NCBI GenBank assembly: GCA_040954595.2
Contig: CM082597.2
Location: 2,776,265-2,840,264 of the forward strand
DNA from: Balanoglossus misakiensis
Lineage: Eukaryota > Animalia > Hemichordata
Reading direction: 5' to 3'
DNA: 64,000 bases
The notes below the pieces were generated by a model. The model saw only the letters and a program-made list of their open reading frames with translations, was not told where the DNA came from and searched no databases. Positions 36,665-49,708 of this stretch are shown piece by piece. Each line of letters opens with the position of its first letter. The stretch's first letter is position 1. Both the position numbers and the translations under genes were made by a program.

Positions 36665-39600
36665 GCTAAAGGTACCCCTAGTCCACACCACCAATAGTTA
36701 TATTTTTGTAGATTTACCACGTGTTCACCATCGTCAATTGGATGTGTAGTTAAACGTTAGTACCCCCACGATGCAGTTTAAGTGTTTTCCAATCGAACCT
36801 ACTGCTTGATTCGAACACTGCTTGACTTTGTACACGATCGCATATACAACCGTAGTATGTATACAGCTAGCTGCAGTCCCAAACTTGTTTGGCTTGATGC
36901 TGGGGTCTGTCCGGCTGAAACCACTCCACTACCCCCAGGCAACACCTGGGCTGCGGTTCTTCAGTTAAGCCCTATTTCAAGGTCCACCAATGCACAGGAA
37001 AATTTATGATGGTTAAATTTTATGAGATATGTCTGACTCGTTGTAGTTGTGTTTGTGAAGTGAGTACATGTAATGTTTTTACAGTGGCAAATGTTACTTT
37101 CCAATGGAATAAATTTACTCTGCCTGTCAACAATAAATGCTTAGTCATGGGCTGTTGATTTCTCTCATATTAACACTAACTCTTGCCACAAAACTCTCAG
37201 TGAATCGACACTCGTGGTAACCAACGGTGTTATTTAAATGTGAAAGTGAAAATGAAATTGATAAGTGGTGCTTAGTGCACTCATATGTTAAAAAACAAAA
37301 CTGCTTTAAAAGGACATAACTGTAACTTTTACCTTTATTTCCAGTATTTTTGTTTTGTGAATCAACTGCAATTTCTTACTCTACACTAAACATCATGCTA
37401 ATACCCAGTAATCCACTTGTCAACATAGCCTGTATACTAGTATGTGTAACGACCATTGTTATTGTTCATGAATGAATTGTAGTCCGGACAATTTCGGAAT
37501 TTGGGAAAAGTGACCATGCTGTTCGTGTCCACTACTGGTTATATGCGCTTAACTGCGCTTGCGTCCGAAATGAGTGTCGCTCAGTAGCCGTGAAAATGTA
37601 ATTCGGCAACATCATTTAAAACTGGGAGGTCACACTAACAAAAACATGATAAAACTGACGAGAGAGGCGGACATTGATCGATTTTACTGCAGAAACAGCT
37701 ACAGAGCAAACATATCGTATCGTCGAAACAATACTACTGAAAACACAATAGTTTTCAAGGTTTATTATTATGCATTGTATTCCGATGCCGTTTCCTTTGG
37801 TACGTCTGGAGGTTGAACTGATAAACCGATGAAGTACACCGGATATTATGCAAATGCTGCAATACTTTTTCGCAGAAGGCGAGTGTTAAAATTGCTGGTA
37901 CAATACGACGGACCATTGCATATAAGGGCAGTCATTATGGACATGTTTTCGTACGGCATCAAAACATCACACTTTTTTCTCATATTTTCCTCAAGGCAGC
38001 TTCAGATCATTCGCTCTTAAAATTGACAATGAAATTTGAAGATAGCCGTGCAAAATTTTGAATGAGATAGCAAAATTGTGTGTCAAAATTGACATTCAAA
38101 ATGGCCGCCATCACTATTGCCATCTGTGTTAGAACCCCCACACATTTTAATGTAGCCAGAATGGAAAGATAACGTAAAGGCTTACATATGATATGATTGG
38201 ACTGCACCAGCAGCTCTGCAATTATTCGCTGTCGTTTAAACCTTTGCGCAACAATACTATACGGCCGTGCTTGAGAGGCGGTGAAATACTGGAACGACGA
38301 CAGATTAATTAAATTTACAATAAAAATGCCGAAAATGTTAATATTATGAATAATAAATGCCGAAAATATTCACATTATGAATAATATATTATTTTAATAT
38401 TGGTCTAGCATAAGTCGAGATCACCTAGATTTGGGCTCACTGAATATGTGGAAACGTTTTAAAATGGTATGTGAAAGGAAAACTTGGACTGCAAACCTCG
38501 GAAATGTGTTATTTTTGTGTGTGAAATTGAAAGTGTGGCTCGTGATGACAGCCCGACAGCTATTTCCTGACGTGCTGGCCTGTTACGTAACACTATGTAA
38601 TTTACATGGAAGCCCGTCGCATTCATTCTCTCAGGGTCACTCCATGGGAAATTTGACTTCAAAGTCGTCAAAATGACATCGCTTACTTTCTTGAATGGGA
38701 CAGGAAATAAAAACTGGGACTGCAAGAGTCCTCGGAAATGTTGTTTTTTTGTTGTGAAAATTGAAATCTCGACAGCGTACACAAGGCTGACAGCCAGTAT
38801 TATGGCCCTATACACAAACACTGTGCATGCAATAGACAGACGTATGCAATTTGCAGACAAGGTCATCGCAGTTTATTCTGTATCTTTCATCGTGGCAGAG
38901 TAAACACGGTATTCCTTTAACAAAAATCTATTGAATGTGACTCGTATATATTATTCAAGAACCGTCTCTCTGAAGAGCATATATTTCTTTTCAAATAATT
39001 CAACCGCGCTGGACTGCGAGACGCTGACATTCATACGCACTTTCAGTGTATTATGTGTTTTCTCAGACATTGTCGGATAGACGCTTTGCGCGACCTCGTT
39101 CGGTCATTGACTCTCCAGAACCCATATTCAGAGACATGCCGTATTAACCCCGTTGCCAAGGAGACGAATACAACATGTAAAACGACGGGTGGTGCTGACA
39201 CCATTCGGTGACATTTATCCGTTGAAAAATGAAAGACAAATGAAATTAGGATATGCGGCAACCACTAATGAAAATCAGTCGTTATTTATTTATGTATTAA
39301 GTGTAATTGTAATTTCTATAACTCAGATTTGGAAAATTTCAGGATTGTACTGTTTAAAATATTTTATGAAAAATACGATACTCCCCACAATCGGGCTAGC
39401 TTTCCCTATCCAAGAACGGAAATCGACCGATCCACAATCATTGCCACAAAGGACAGCACACCAGAGCACAGCACAACCAGCGTCCGACTTTGATAAAAAA
39501 TGATCGAGGGAAACGTTTATCTCTTGATCGGTCGTAGATGTCGCTCGTATGGATGGGTACCGGGTGGTTTATGAAGAGAATGAAAGTGGTATGACCAGCT

Positions 39601-40722
39601 ACAAATAAAATGTGACAGTTTCACGGTGGCTGACTCAAAAACAACCTCATTATTTATCTGGACGTCATGTTACCGCAGGCGTATCGCTGATCAGAACTAA
39701 TGACAAGATGAGAGAAAGTCCCGGGGGTTGGAAACGTGGAAGCACATGTACCGTGGTCCCCCCCCCCCGCTTCAAGTTGTTTCATATACACTTAATAAAC
39801 ATTAGTAAAACTTGAACCACGTGAACACTTATATCCATTGTTCCTAACATACGGTCATTACACATACTTTGAATTTCCTTTCTGATTAAAACAACGGTGC
39901 ATAAAATACCACGTAGTACACACACATAGCACACCCGCCAGGGACTCAGCACACGGAGGCAGATCGTTTCTGTGACAACCGGTGTGACGATAGGTTTGTC
40001 ACTGAAAACTGGCGATCAATTCTCTCAAGTTCCACCCTATCTGTCAAACCCACTAAACCATTAATCTTACGCATCACGCCATACTCAGTTGGTAAGCTGT
40101 CGCCGCTTCAATGCACCATCACGCGTACTCACCCAGTTTCACTATACATTAAAGCATTCTGTTTGACCCCGTGGGTAGGACTAATTTATGTAAATTTATG
40201 AAGGTCACGAATCTAGGTTAAATTTCCCTGGCAGAACAGGAGAACACTAGTGTCTAGAACCAAAAGCGTCTAACCATCAGTTTAACGGCATTAACAGAAA
40301 ATTGGAATGAAAAATGTTTCATAAAATGTCCCCAAAATCATGACCATATAAATTGCAAAATTAAAAAATCAAACAAACACGAAGGACCCCACTAATAATG
40401 TGATTTATCTCACCGGTAATTTGTTTACAATATCAAGTTTCATATCATGCAGAACAATATATACCAGAGATACCATTTTGAAGCAATGAAACAACTCCTG
40501 AAACAGGTGGTCGAATGTTGTTATTTTTATGGATAAATTAGGTGGGTTTGTTATGCTATTATTAAAAGTGGAATAAATATTTTTTAAACAAGTAAACATG
40601 CTCTTGATATGATGCGTAATCAGTCAATATGGGTCATTTTTAAAAATAGATCACTAGAAACTTCTAAAGCGTGGAGATCAGGGCGTGAGTATCCCGTCAT
40701 GCCACGCGCGGACGCTGGGTTC

Positions 40723-40740
40723 AGTGGTCACGTGACCACT
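40723..40740. promoter_or_regulatory. Perfect 18-bp palindrome containing a GTCACGTGAC E-box (USF/MiT-TFE type) upstream of Ig paralogue A
   Basis: AGTGGTCACGTGACCACT, followed by ATTATA, about 160 nt before the ATG at 40902. Confidence 0.5.
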
Positions 40741-40901
40741 ATTATACCTAGCTTTTGAAATCCTCGCCTCTACGGTGAATGGCGCAATTTTTCTGAGGTC
40801 AACCTCGCCCGACTCTGCCGACAACTTACGGACACATTTCTTGAGAGATTACGAATTTGCTGACGACAAATCGAAAAAAAACGACTCTGTGATTTGCGGA
40901 A

Positions 40902-43900
40902 ATGGAGAAAGCGCTTTTTGTATTAACCGTGTTGGCGGTGGCACTTACAGGTAAGGCGAAATTAAGTAGTGTGTGGAAATAAGCCAATTGTTATAACCGT
41001 TCGGTATATGTCCGATTTAACAGTTTACGTAACATTTGTTTATAATTCGCCGTAATATAAACGATGGACAGGAAAAAAATAACACTGAACAGACGGAGCA
41101 ATATATCCACATTCTTGGCTTTGCACGATTTAATAGTTCCCACGTTAAGTGACCAGCTGTTTTTCGAATTTGACCGCAGCAAACGGAACTACACATTAGT
41201 ACTCTACACATACAAATTAATCAACACAATCAACGTTTCGGAGCCAGAGCAAATGACATAATATAACAAAATATAGCTGTTTCTTTTTCAGCACTACTTT
41301 GTTTCGTTTCAATTGCTACTTTGGGCGTCTGGCACCCCTAACAGTAGAAGGAGCCTCGTTCTTAAAAGAAAGAGAGCACATAGGGACAGTGTGTGGTCAA
41401 AATGCGAAGCGTTAACACAATCGGGCCCCACTGCAACCTCAATGACCAGACCCAATTCGGGGTAATTTCGATCTGTTTGTGAGATTTTAATATATTCGCG
41501 AGAATATACACCCGCGTGTGAAGTTTACTTGTTTGCCTTCTCGCGATGAGACACTGAATCTAACCCCGATAAAAATGTCGCTTTTCCCCTTAAAAATTGA
41601 GATAACCTTGTCGCCATGATAGGCGTGTTCCAGAAACACCTACTGTTCCAGGTGACTGGATTCGAAGCTGTTGGTGTCATTTTGGCCAGGGCATTTCTCT
41701 TAAACGCAGTAACTTCAGTTTTGTAGCACTTTTGATTTTTATGGGATATGGCAGGTGAAAAGTCGTTTTATTTTTGCTAACACTAACCACCCATCGCCTC
41801 GATCAGACCTGTTAATTACGGGGCTAAAGAAAAAGGACAGCTGATTCATCAAATTTGCATACGAGCGAGTGGTGCCAGGATGGAGTTGTTTGTCGAAAAA
41901 TAATGAATAATGCATCACTTTCGCTCTTAACGGACCCGTGCATTTTAGCGCGTCCGCGGGTTGAGTGTGTCTAAGGTCAAGCGAGGGGAGATCGGCCGAA
42001 CTTAGTTTAAGCAGGGTAACTGCCAATAACGAATTGTATTTTAACATGAATGAACTGTCGGTAAATATATCATAATAATTTTAACCTGCCTTTCTGCTGC
42101 AGACGAATGTTGAGTTCCCCTCACTGCCCCCATCCCTCGCTGCTCAACCTCTTTCGATAATGTCAGTGATCATATCGTTCAATGGTTTGCAGTTTGCCTA
42201 TTGTGTCGACAACAAAGACCCCCACCCAGGACTCGATCGTACGGGTGTACACAATGTGTTTACTCAAAGTAGAACGGCTTTTGATGGTAGATATTTGCCA
42301 TGCCCATGGCAAGCGTATCCATCCAGCATTCCAGTCAAATACTTGTCCCTGACCAATTTGCATGTCTAAAACCAGTAACACAATGGCCGACAATCGGAGA
42401 GGCAAATACCGCATTGTGCTCAGGTTAGGGAGAGGACACGGGACGCGCCAAACACAACCTATCCCCTTTCTGAATAACGACCACAGTGAATAAGTAAAAA
42501 ACAATTAAACTAAGAATAAAAAAATCTTAATCTTATTTATTCGATTTACTCTGGACTGACATGTTAACCCAATCCAGTATTGTCATTTTCGTAAAACGAG
42601 TTTTCAATTCAACAGGACACCAGCAGTGTCCTATATTCGGTTAGTGAATGGAGGTTAGGCCATGATGTTCCTTGTGGAAGGACAGTCTGCTCATTATTAT
42701 CATTCATCAAGCTATGGCTGTGTCTTCTAGTGATATATGTTTACCTTTCCGCGTAAAGCACGTGTAATTATTGCTAAATTCAAATCGACAGGCTAAATGA
42801 GTAAACCAGAGTGTCCATGTATATACTAATATCGGTGCCGCTTTTAGAAAAAAATGGCGGCCGTTTGGTAGTTGGAAACAAACTTTAGGACGCTGATTTC
42901 TCAGAGGCAGCTGCTGCAACAAAAGTAAAGAGTAACTAAAAACCCCATTTACTATTCACCACGCTCTACGGACATAAGCCAAACTATTTTATACGGTTCA
43001 TTGCTGTTGTACAATATGCAAATGGTGATCGAATACCTGACCTTTGACTTATGCCATTATCTGGGAACAATACATTCACATACGTTAGACCTACCAACAC
43101 AATCAACTGCACCAAAGCTCCAGTTGTTTTTGACGTTTGCAGTCATAGATCACATAACCTTGACCTAGGATTCTTCTACTCATTATAATGATTGGGCATT
43201 CTTGTACTGGAAAATGCGATGTGATACTGAGTAATCATTAGTTTTCACCCACCCATCCACCAAAACAATTTTCATTTATAGTGAGATTAGATATAGCCAA
43301 TTGTTTTTTCATAGTAATTTGGGGTGCTGATAACGTTCGAAATCCCAGACAGAATAAATGTATTTCTGTTTCTGCTTTGCTTGCTAATGAAATAATATGA
43401 CTAAGTACAATACAATGTAGATTCACTACATAGTGGAACTTTCAATTTTGCATGGACAAAGAATTTGCTCTACGATATCCTAAGAAATCTCCCAGTTAAG
43501 AATTACAAATGAACTTCCTACAAAGAAACCTGTTTCAACAACTGCAATATATAATGGCGTCAATACACAGCCTGCCAGTAGAAAAGTGGAATTTACAAAG
43601 GAGATACCAGTAAAAGGTTACTGAGTCTTCATCAAGTTGCTTTGTTATTATTCAAATCGAATAGTGTAGGCCAGTAATCCATCATGTGTATTGTGACAAA
43701 TGTATGGCAGCGTACTTGACCCCATATCTGTGTCATCACACATGTCAGGTCAAGGAGAAATTTATATATATTGTTATAAAAAGATATTACCCGGCAGTGG
43801 CTCTGCATTTACTTTACATTTGATGTTTTAATGTTTTGTTTTCTATATATGCCACATTTGGAAGTGTTTGTCCTACAAACATTGTTACATGTATTGGCTT

Positions 43901-46900
43901 CCATTGTGGCAGGCTACCAACATTATTTATAGGTTATTCTTCACAGAAACCATTTTAGCAACAACAACAAAAAAAAACAAATTATTTTAGCATAACAATT
44001 TTTCCTCGCGCTTGCGCGTCCGAAGCAAATTCAAATTTATTTTTAGCACACTGAATAATAATGTACATGTATGAAATGTTCCAGCTCATGTTTTCATATA
44101 ACATGATTTTATCAATATTTTTGTACCACAGTAAGAGGCGAGGTGTTGAAGTTCGAACACAACGTCACGGTGGAGGAAGGAAAGAACACAGAACTGAGAT
44201 GCAGAACGAATGGAATAAGTAACTACGGGGCAACCGTCATATACTGGGTCAGATCAACAGATGCCAGAACCATAACATACAGGGATGAGTTGTCCGACAT
44301 CGGCGATGACAAAGAGGAACCGGGCGAGATAGCCAGGTACTCCCTGGATTTGAATACTCCTGATGAATACACTATCAGGATTACAGACGCCAAGGTAATG
44401 GATACTGGGAAATGGGTCTGCACCAGTGACAACTCGGAGGAGGTGTGGCTGACAGTAAGAGGTTAGTTGACTCACTGACTGACTGACTGACTAACTGACT
44501 CACTCAGAAAATCCCATTTCAACACAAATAGGCGTTTACTCTGATTATCATAAGACTTAAAATCCAAAGCTATTATTAATATAATATCTTGGTTTCTTGA
44601 TGTTTTCTATTTCAGTGCCACCTAAGATAATCTACCACACACCCGACATCATCACCCAGAGAAACAAAAGCCACTCACTCATTTGCCGGGCTGAAGGCCA
44701 CCCGCCTCCGGTAATCACCTGGAGCAGATTGGGAAACACTCTTCCCAACGGTGACATCCTGTTCCACGGCCAGGAACTGGAATTGATCAACATGACCAGC
44801 AACGACAGGGGTACATACCACTGCGTCGCCAGCAACACAGTGGGTATAGACTCGGCTGACGTTAATATCGTTATGAGATGTAAGTAGATCAGTCAGAATG
44901 TAAATTCATATTCAATTAGTGAGCTAGATTGAAGATAATTGTTTATATTTACATGGAATAATTGCTGGCAACTGCTACTTTTCTATTTACATACTGCTCC
45001 CTGGCCACCTGTTGTTGGTGAACCGGACAGTTCTTATTAAATATGTTTTACCACTTAATCTGACTGTTTATCAAGACAGAGGTTGTGTATCCTTTGTACA
45101 GATGGATAAAGCTTCCATCTCTTTCGGGACCAAGAAACGTTATCTCAGTCAAAATTTGCTCCAGACATATGATGTCCCATACACTAACCCTGGGCAGTCC
45201 CCTAACCTTTAGTGAGTAGTCAAAGGCTGGTTTTCTTATAGTCTTGATTATCACTTTGAACACAGACAAACCAGAAGTACTCGTCATGAAACCAGAAGTG
45301 AAAGCCTACGTCAACGGCAGAGCAACTCTTGTGTGCGAATATCACGCAAATCCGGAAGTCAGCGAGGTGGTTTGGTACAGAGCTGGACGCCGCATCGAGT
45401 AAGTGGTTGCGAATCAGTAAATTTAAATATATTGAGAACGCGTGTACATGGCCAGACCTGTTGGTGCATTCGTTCCCTTAAAATGATTGCAATAAACGCC
45501 CCTAGCTCAATTTACACCAGGCCCTATCCCAATCAAATGCACAGCTAATGTATCGCATTAATCTTTCAGTGAAGACAGAAAACTGGACGTCAAGATTTTC
45601 ACAAACACGGCTATATCAACCTTGGTGTTCGGCCGGGTGAGGTCAGACCAGTGGGGACAGTACGAGTGTAAAGTACGGAACCCAGAGGGAACAGTCAGCA
45701 AGCTGGTCGAGTTTTCAGGTAATACCTGCTTGCTCCATTTAGTCACATAATAAACTGCATCTCGCTTGCATGAAAGCTACGTTGCTTTCAATGCCCGGCA
45801 CACAACAATAGGCCACATTTATGACCTGTGATTGACCTTACATCTTGGTATCATGATGCTTCGTTGTGCATAGACTTGGTTCGGCCATTTTTCTCGGTTA
45901 TTTCTGCACTGGGCTCTACCTTTGGGTGGGGTATCATTTCTACCTGACACACGGTTTCGCGTGGAGGTTCACTAATCAATAGATAACTTTAAATTTAAAT
46001 GTTTCGATAAAAATGACAGAAAACTGCTACTTACAGTAGAGGATGTGCGCCGACGGGGGCTGCAAGCCAGGAGAAACGAAGCCCTCGATTTTCGCCAAGT
46101 CACTCAGTCTCTCCATAACCGATGGTTTATGTACATTTTCTTAGCGTGAGGCTACCAAAAACTTGGAAAATCCAGTCCATATCGTCACAGTCACCTCCCT
46201 TATTTTCACTTGGTTGTCGGAAATCGCTCCGGGTAATGAATAGGTCGTTGTTGTCACCACTTTCAGCCATTGTGTTTGTCCGTCAAAGATTGAGTTTCAA
46301 ATGATTGAAGTGGCACGTCACTGATCATCTGACAAACTAACTGACTGACAACTGTCCAATCGAAATGTGCCATTCACCAGGTGCATTTTGTGAGGCTTGT
46401 GATTGGTTGATGTGATTGAGAAGTTGTTTAGCATACCCAGATAGCAGATGTTGTCGTAATGCTAGTGAAAAAGTGGCTTATTACATACGGATATATCGTG
46501 CACCTCTATTGTGATGGTAAATGCATGTATCTGACACATTTCCGTGTGCGTTTCTCTTCAGAGGGAAGACCAGAAGCCACGCCCTTATCAGAAAGTAAGT
46601 CTACACATGATGGTTTACATAAACACTACAGTATGTTGTAGAAGCCATATTGATTTTGCGTATGTATTTTCAGTCAGCAAAAGGCAACCAGGTTTCCGAA
46701 TTCGATCAATTTTCATGATGAAAATAAAAGTATACAGAAGTCAATCTATATATTAAAAAACACGAGTAAAGTAACATTTTTATTTTATTTCATTTTTGGA
46801 TGACAAATAGATCCAAACAATCGTGAAGACCCCAATTTAATAGTAACAATTATGCCTCTGCTCAACTTGTGGTGAGATCCCCTAACCGACTGGTTATCTG

Positions 46901-46996
46901 CATTTATTTACAGGAGTTCGCTCAGCAGCCGCTGCTCCAACTTCTCCTCTGGTTGCCATGGTAATGGCCCTGATCGCCACCGTCTACAGACTCTAA
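40902..46996 (+). CDS. 3-Ig GPI-anchored lachesin/IgLON-like protein, paralogue A
   Basis: Exons 40902-40950 (MEKALFVLTVLAVALT), 44132-44461, 44616-44879, 45266-45398, 45570-45718, 46562-46594, 46914-46996 (ends SAAAAPTSPLVAMVMALIATVYRL*). The first six exon lengths equal those of paralogue B. Confidence 0.88.
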
Positions 46997-49708
46997 TCTG
47001 TGGTCACAGCAGCGCCAGTGAGAAACGCTACTGAAATGTGTTTTGATGTTTTGTTGAATGGCGAGTTGCGGACGACAAAGTTATAATTTGGTGGTGTGTT
47101 GTTGCTATTCTCCTCTGTCGCACTTATGGCAGTGAACATTGTAATTTGATACGATGTAAACATTTCAAATCTGTAACTCGCCATTCACCATCGCCAGTGT
47201 CAGTACTTTTAGTTATTGCAGCTTGCAGTTTCAGTACTTTTAGTTTTTGCCGTTAGCAGTTGATTTTGTTTTCAAAGATTTGGCCTTTTTAACCCTTGCA
47301 TTGTAGAAGTTCATATTTATCCAGATTTAATGGAGATTAAAATACAACATTCAGGACTAACTATTAAAAATATATATATATACCTATAATGATAGGTGAT
47401 CTATACGCAATGATTAGTTTGGACATTTTACTCATGCGACATGATCAAAACTGGCTGTTCCTTCTGTTTCATCCTTTCCCGCCCGCGCCATTTTGGATGC
47501 AGAACTGCGCTGCCATTGTAATAACTTCCTTTTGCTACTGTGTAACGGAAGTATGGCTAAACCAATGGCCAGTAGGGGGGAGGGATACAAAGAGTCGTAT
47601 TTTGTAGTTGGGCAGGAAGGGATTGAACGTCTAAATTTACTCTTTACAACGATGTGGGGAAAGTGACGAGCAAATAAATTACAATCAAAGTGCCTTCAGT
47701 TGTATATCAGCAGCTACACACGCATACAAAACACGTATACAAAAAAGTAGTGCAGATTCTTATCAGAATAAACATTATTTACCTACACTCCTATGCATGT
47801 ATGTTGATATATAAGCATCTGTCGTACCCCTGAGTCTGTTATTAGGGTCAAGTTGTGTCTTTGTCCACCCTTCACAATCATATTTTGGTCTAACTTTGGC
47901 GTTGCCAATGACGGGGTTAGTCCAAGTTCAGGGAAACGGGGGTGAAAAGCGTTCAACGTTTCATGGGTTTCTGTGTAACCAAATTTATGAACCTGTAACG
48001 CCGACTAGTAGTAGTCTTTTATGAAAAACGGCCGAATATGTGGATTCTCCATCTCATTATTTTATACACATTTTGTTGTATAACTAGCTGCATTTGTAGC
48101 GCGGGAGGAAGACATTTCTGACTTTCGAACGATTCTTATGTAGCATGTTTTGTTTTTTATTATAACGTGACTAACTTAATATATTTTATTGTCAATGGGA
48201 TGAAGGGAATAATTACATCACCGGGCCAGAATTTTCAAAAGAACGCGTGCTGCGAGAACAATTTTGTTGTGAAGCAGTACCGCTATGCTTTGATGGTCCG
48301 GTCAGATCAGTGACGAGATTTTCGTTTTCACGAGTTGACTTTTTAATCAACTAACGAGATCTTGACAGTATTGTGATTTGATAAACAGTATTGTGAGTAG
48401 TTTATGTACGTCAAGTATTGTAGTTTGTAGATTATTTTGCTAACGGAAACAAAAAAATATGTATCCATTCGAGAGGATCCCTTGTAATGTCCCTCCGAAG
48501 TGTTTGTTTAACTCATTTCTGAATATTAAAGATTTTCGTCAATTTTCGAATGGATTGTGTTGTCTGTTTACATGTATTTTGAAACGAACACCATCTAAGA
48601 GCTCGAGAGATATGCATTGCCTTCATTTAATGGAAATATCCAATGGGTTACCTTGGTGATATTGTTGCAAGGAAGTTACCTTGAAGTTTTGAAGATGAAG
48701 TTACCTTGAATGAAGTTTTGAAGATACATAGTTTGTCTTGGTCGTTTGCAAGTAGATATAACGAAGCCACAGCGACTGGTGTTTACGTAGACAGCCATTT
48801 TGATTGTGAGACCAAAGCGAGGCTCACTGGTTACGAGCAGATACAGTTTGCTTGTTGACCAGTTCCCGTTGATATGAACAAATGAATCCGCCATATCCAA
48901 CACAGAGGGTGCTCTTACTGCAGATGCACTCAAAAGCAAAATTGCGCACTGGAATGATATAAATTTCTGAAAGTGATGATATTCTTTAATATATCAAAAC
49001 AGTGAAGAATATACACTGAATTACCACACTGGCCATGTATCCCATTTAGAAGCAAAACTGTACTAGTATCTCCTGCGCATGTCTGATTGTCAAAACCATC
49101 TCAGCCGACTTCCTCAAGTGTTGATCCATCCACACATTAGCATAATAGTTCTGTTGGCATGACAGCGCGATGGTCGAACCCAAACAGCAGTAACGAATCG
49201 GTGAAAAAGGTCTAAATTAATTTTGTTGTCATATTATAAAAAAAGTTATAAAAATATCGGAAGCATTATTTGTATAAGCCAAATCAATCAATCCAAGACA
49301 AAGGCCAACCAAAGCAACTTTTTACGGAATATTTCCTTTTAAAACGCACCCATTATCAGTTAATTGATTACATCGTCATTATGTGTTTATATTAGAGCGT
49401 CTATAGTGTTAGTAAATTCCTTTACAAAAATAAGAATATAAAATAAATGCGACAAAGATGAATGTTAAAAATAATTGAAGTTGGAACAAGCTGCGACTGT
49501 CATAAAAAAACAAAGGGCAATCTGGTTTGTGGAGAGTCTCACGAATCACAAGAAATTTCATCATCTGAAATATGGCAGAGTACGCGAAACATCTACACAC
49601 TATCGGACCGGAAGTGCACGGCTGGTCTGATGGCATCTCACCACATAGAACCGGTTTAAAACTTTAACAAATATCATGATTTGACCTTATCGTTGGTGCT
49701 CCGACAAG

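Noticed and set aside
37300-40650. CpG-rich intergenic stretch that may hold transposon remnants, and a tRNA-like A-box near 40080
   Set aside because: No paired termini, transposase ORF, B-box or cloverleaf could be established by eye.
47470-47625. CTCF-like CCAGTAGGGGG site between the convergent paralogues
   Set aside because: Imperfect match inside what looks like a small inverted-repeat element; not supportable from sequence alone.
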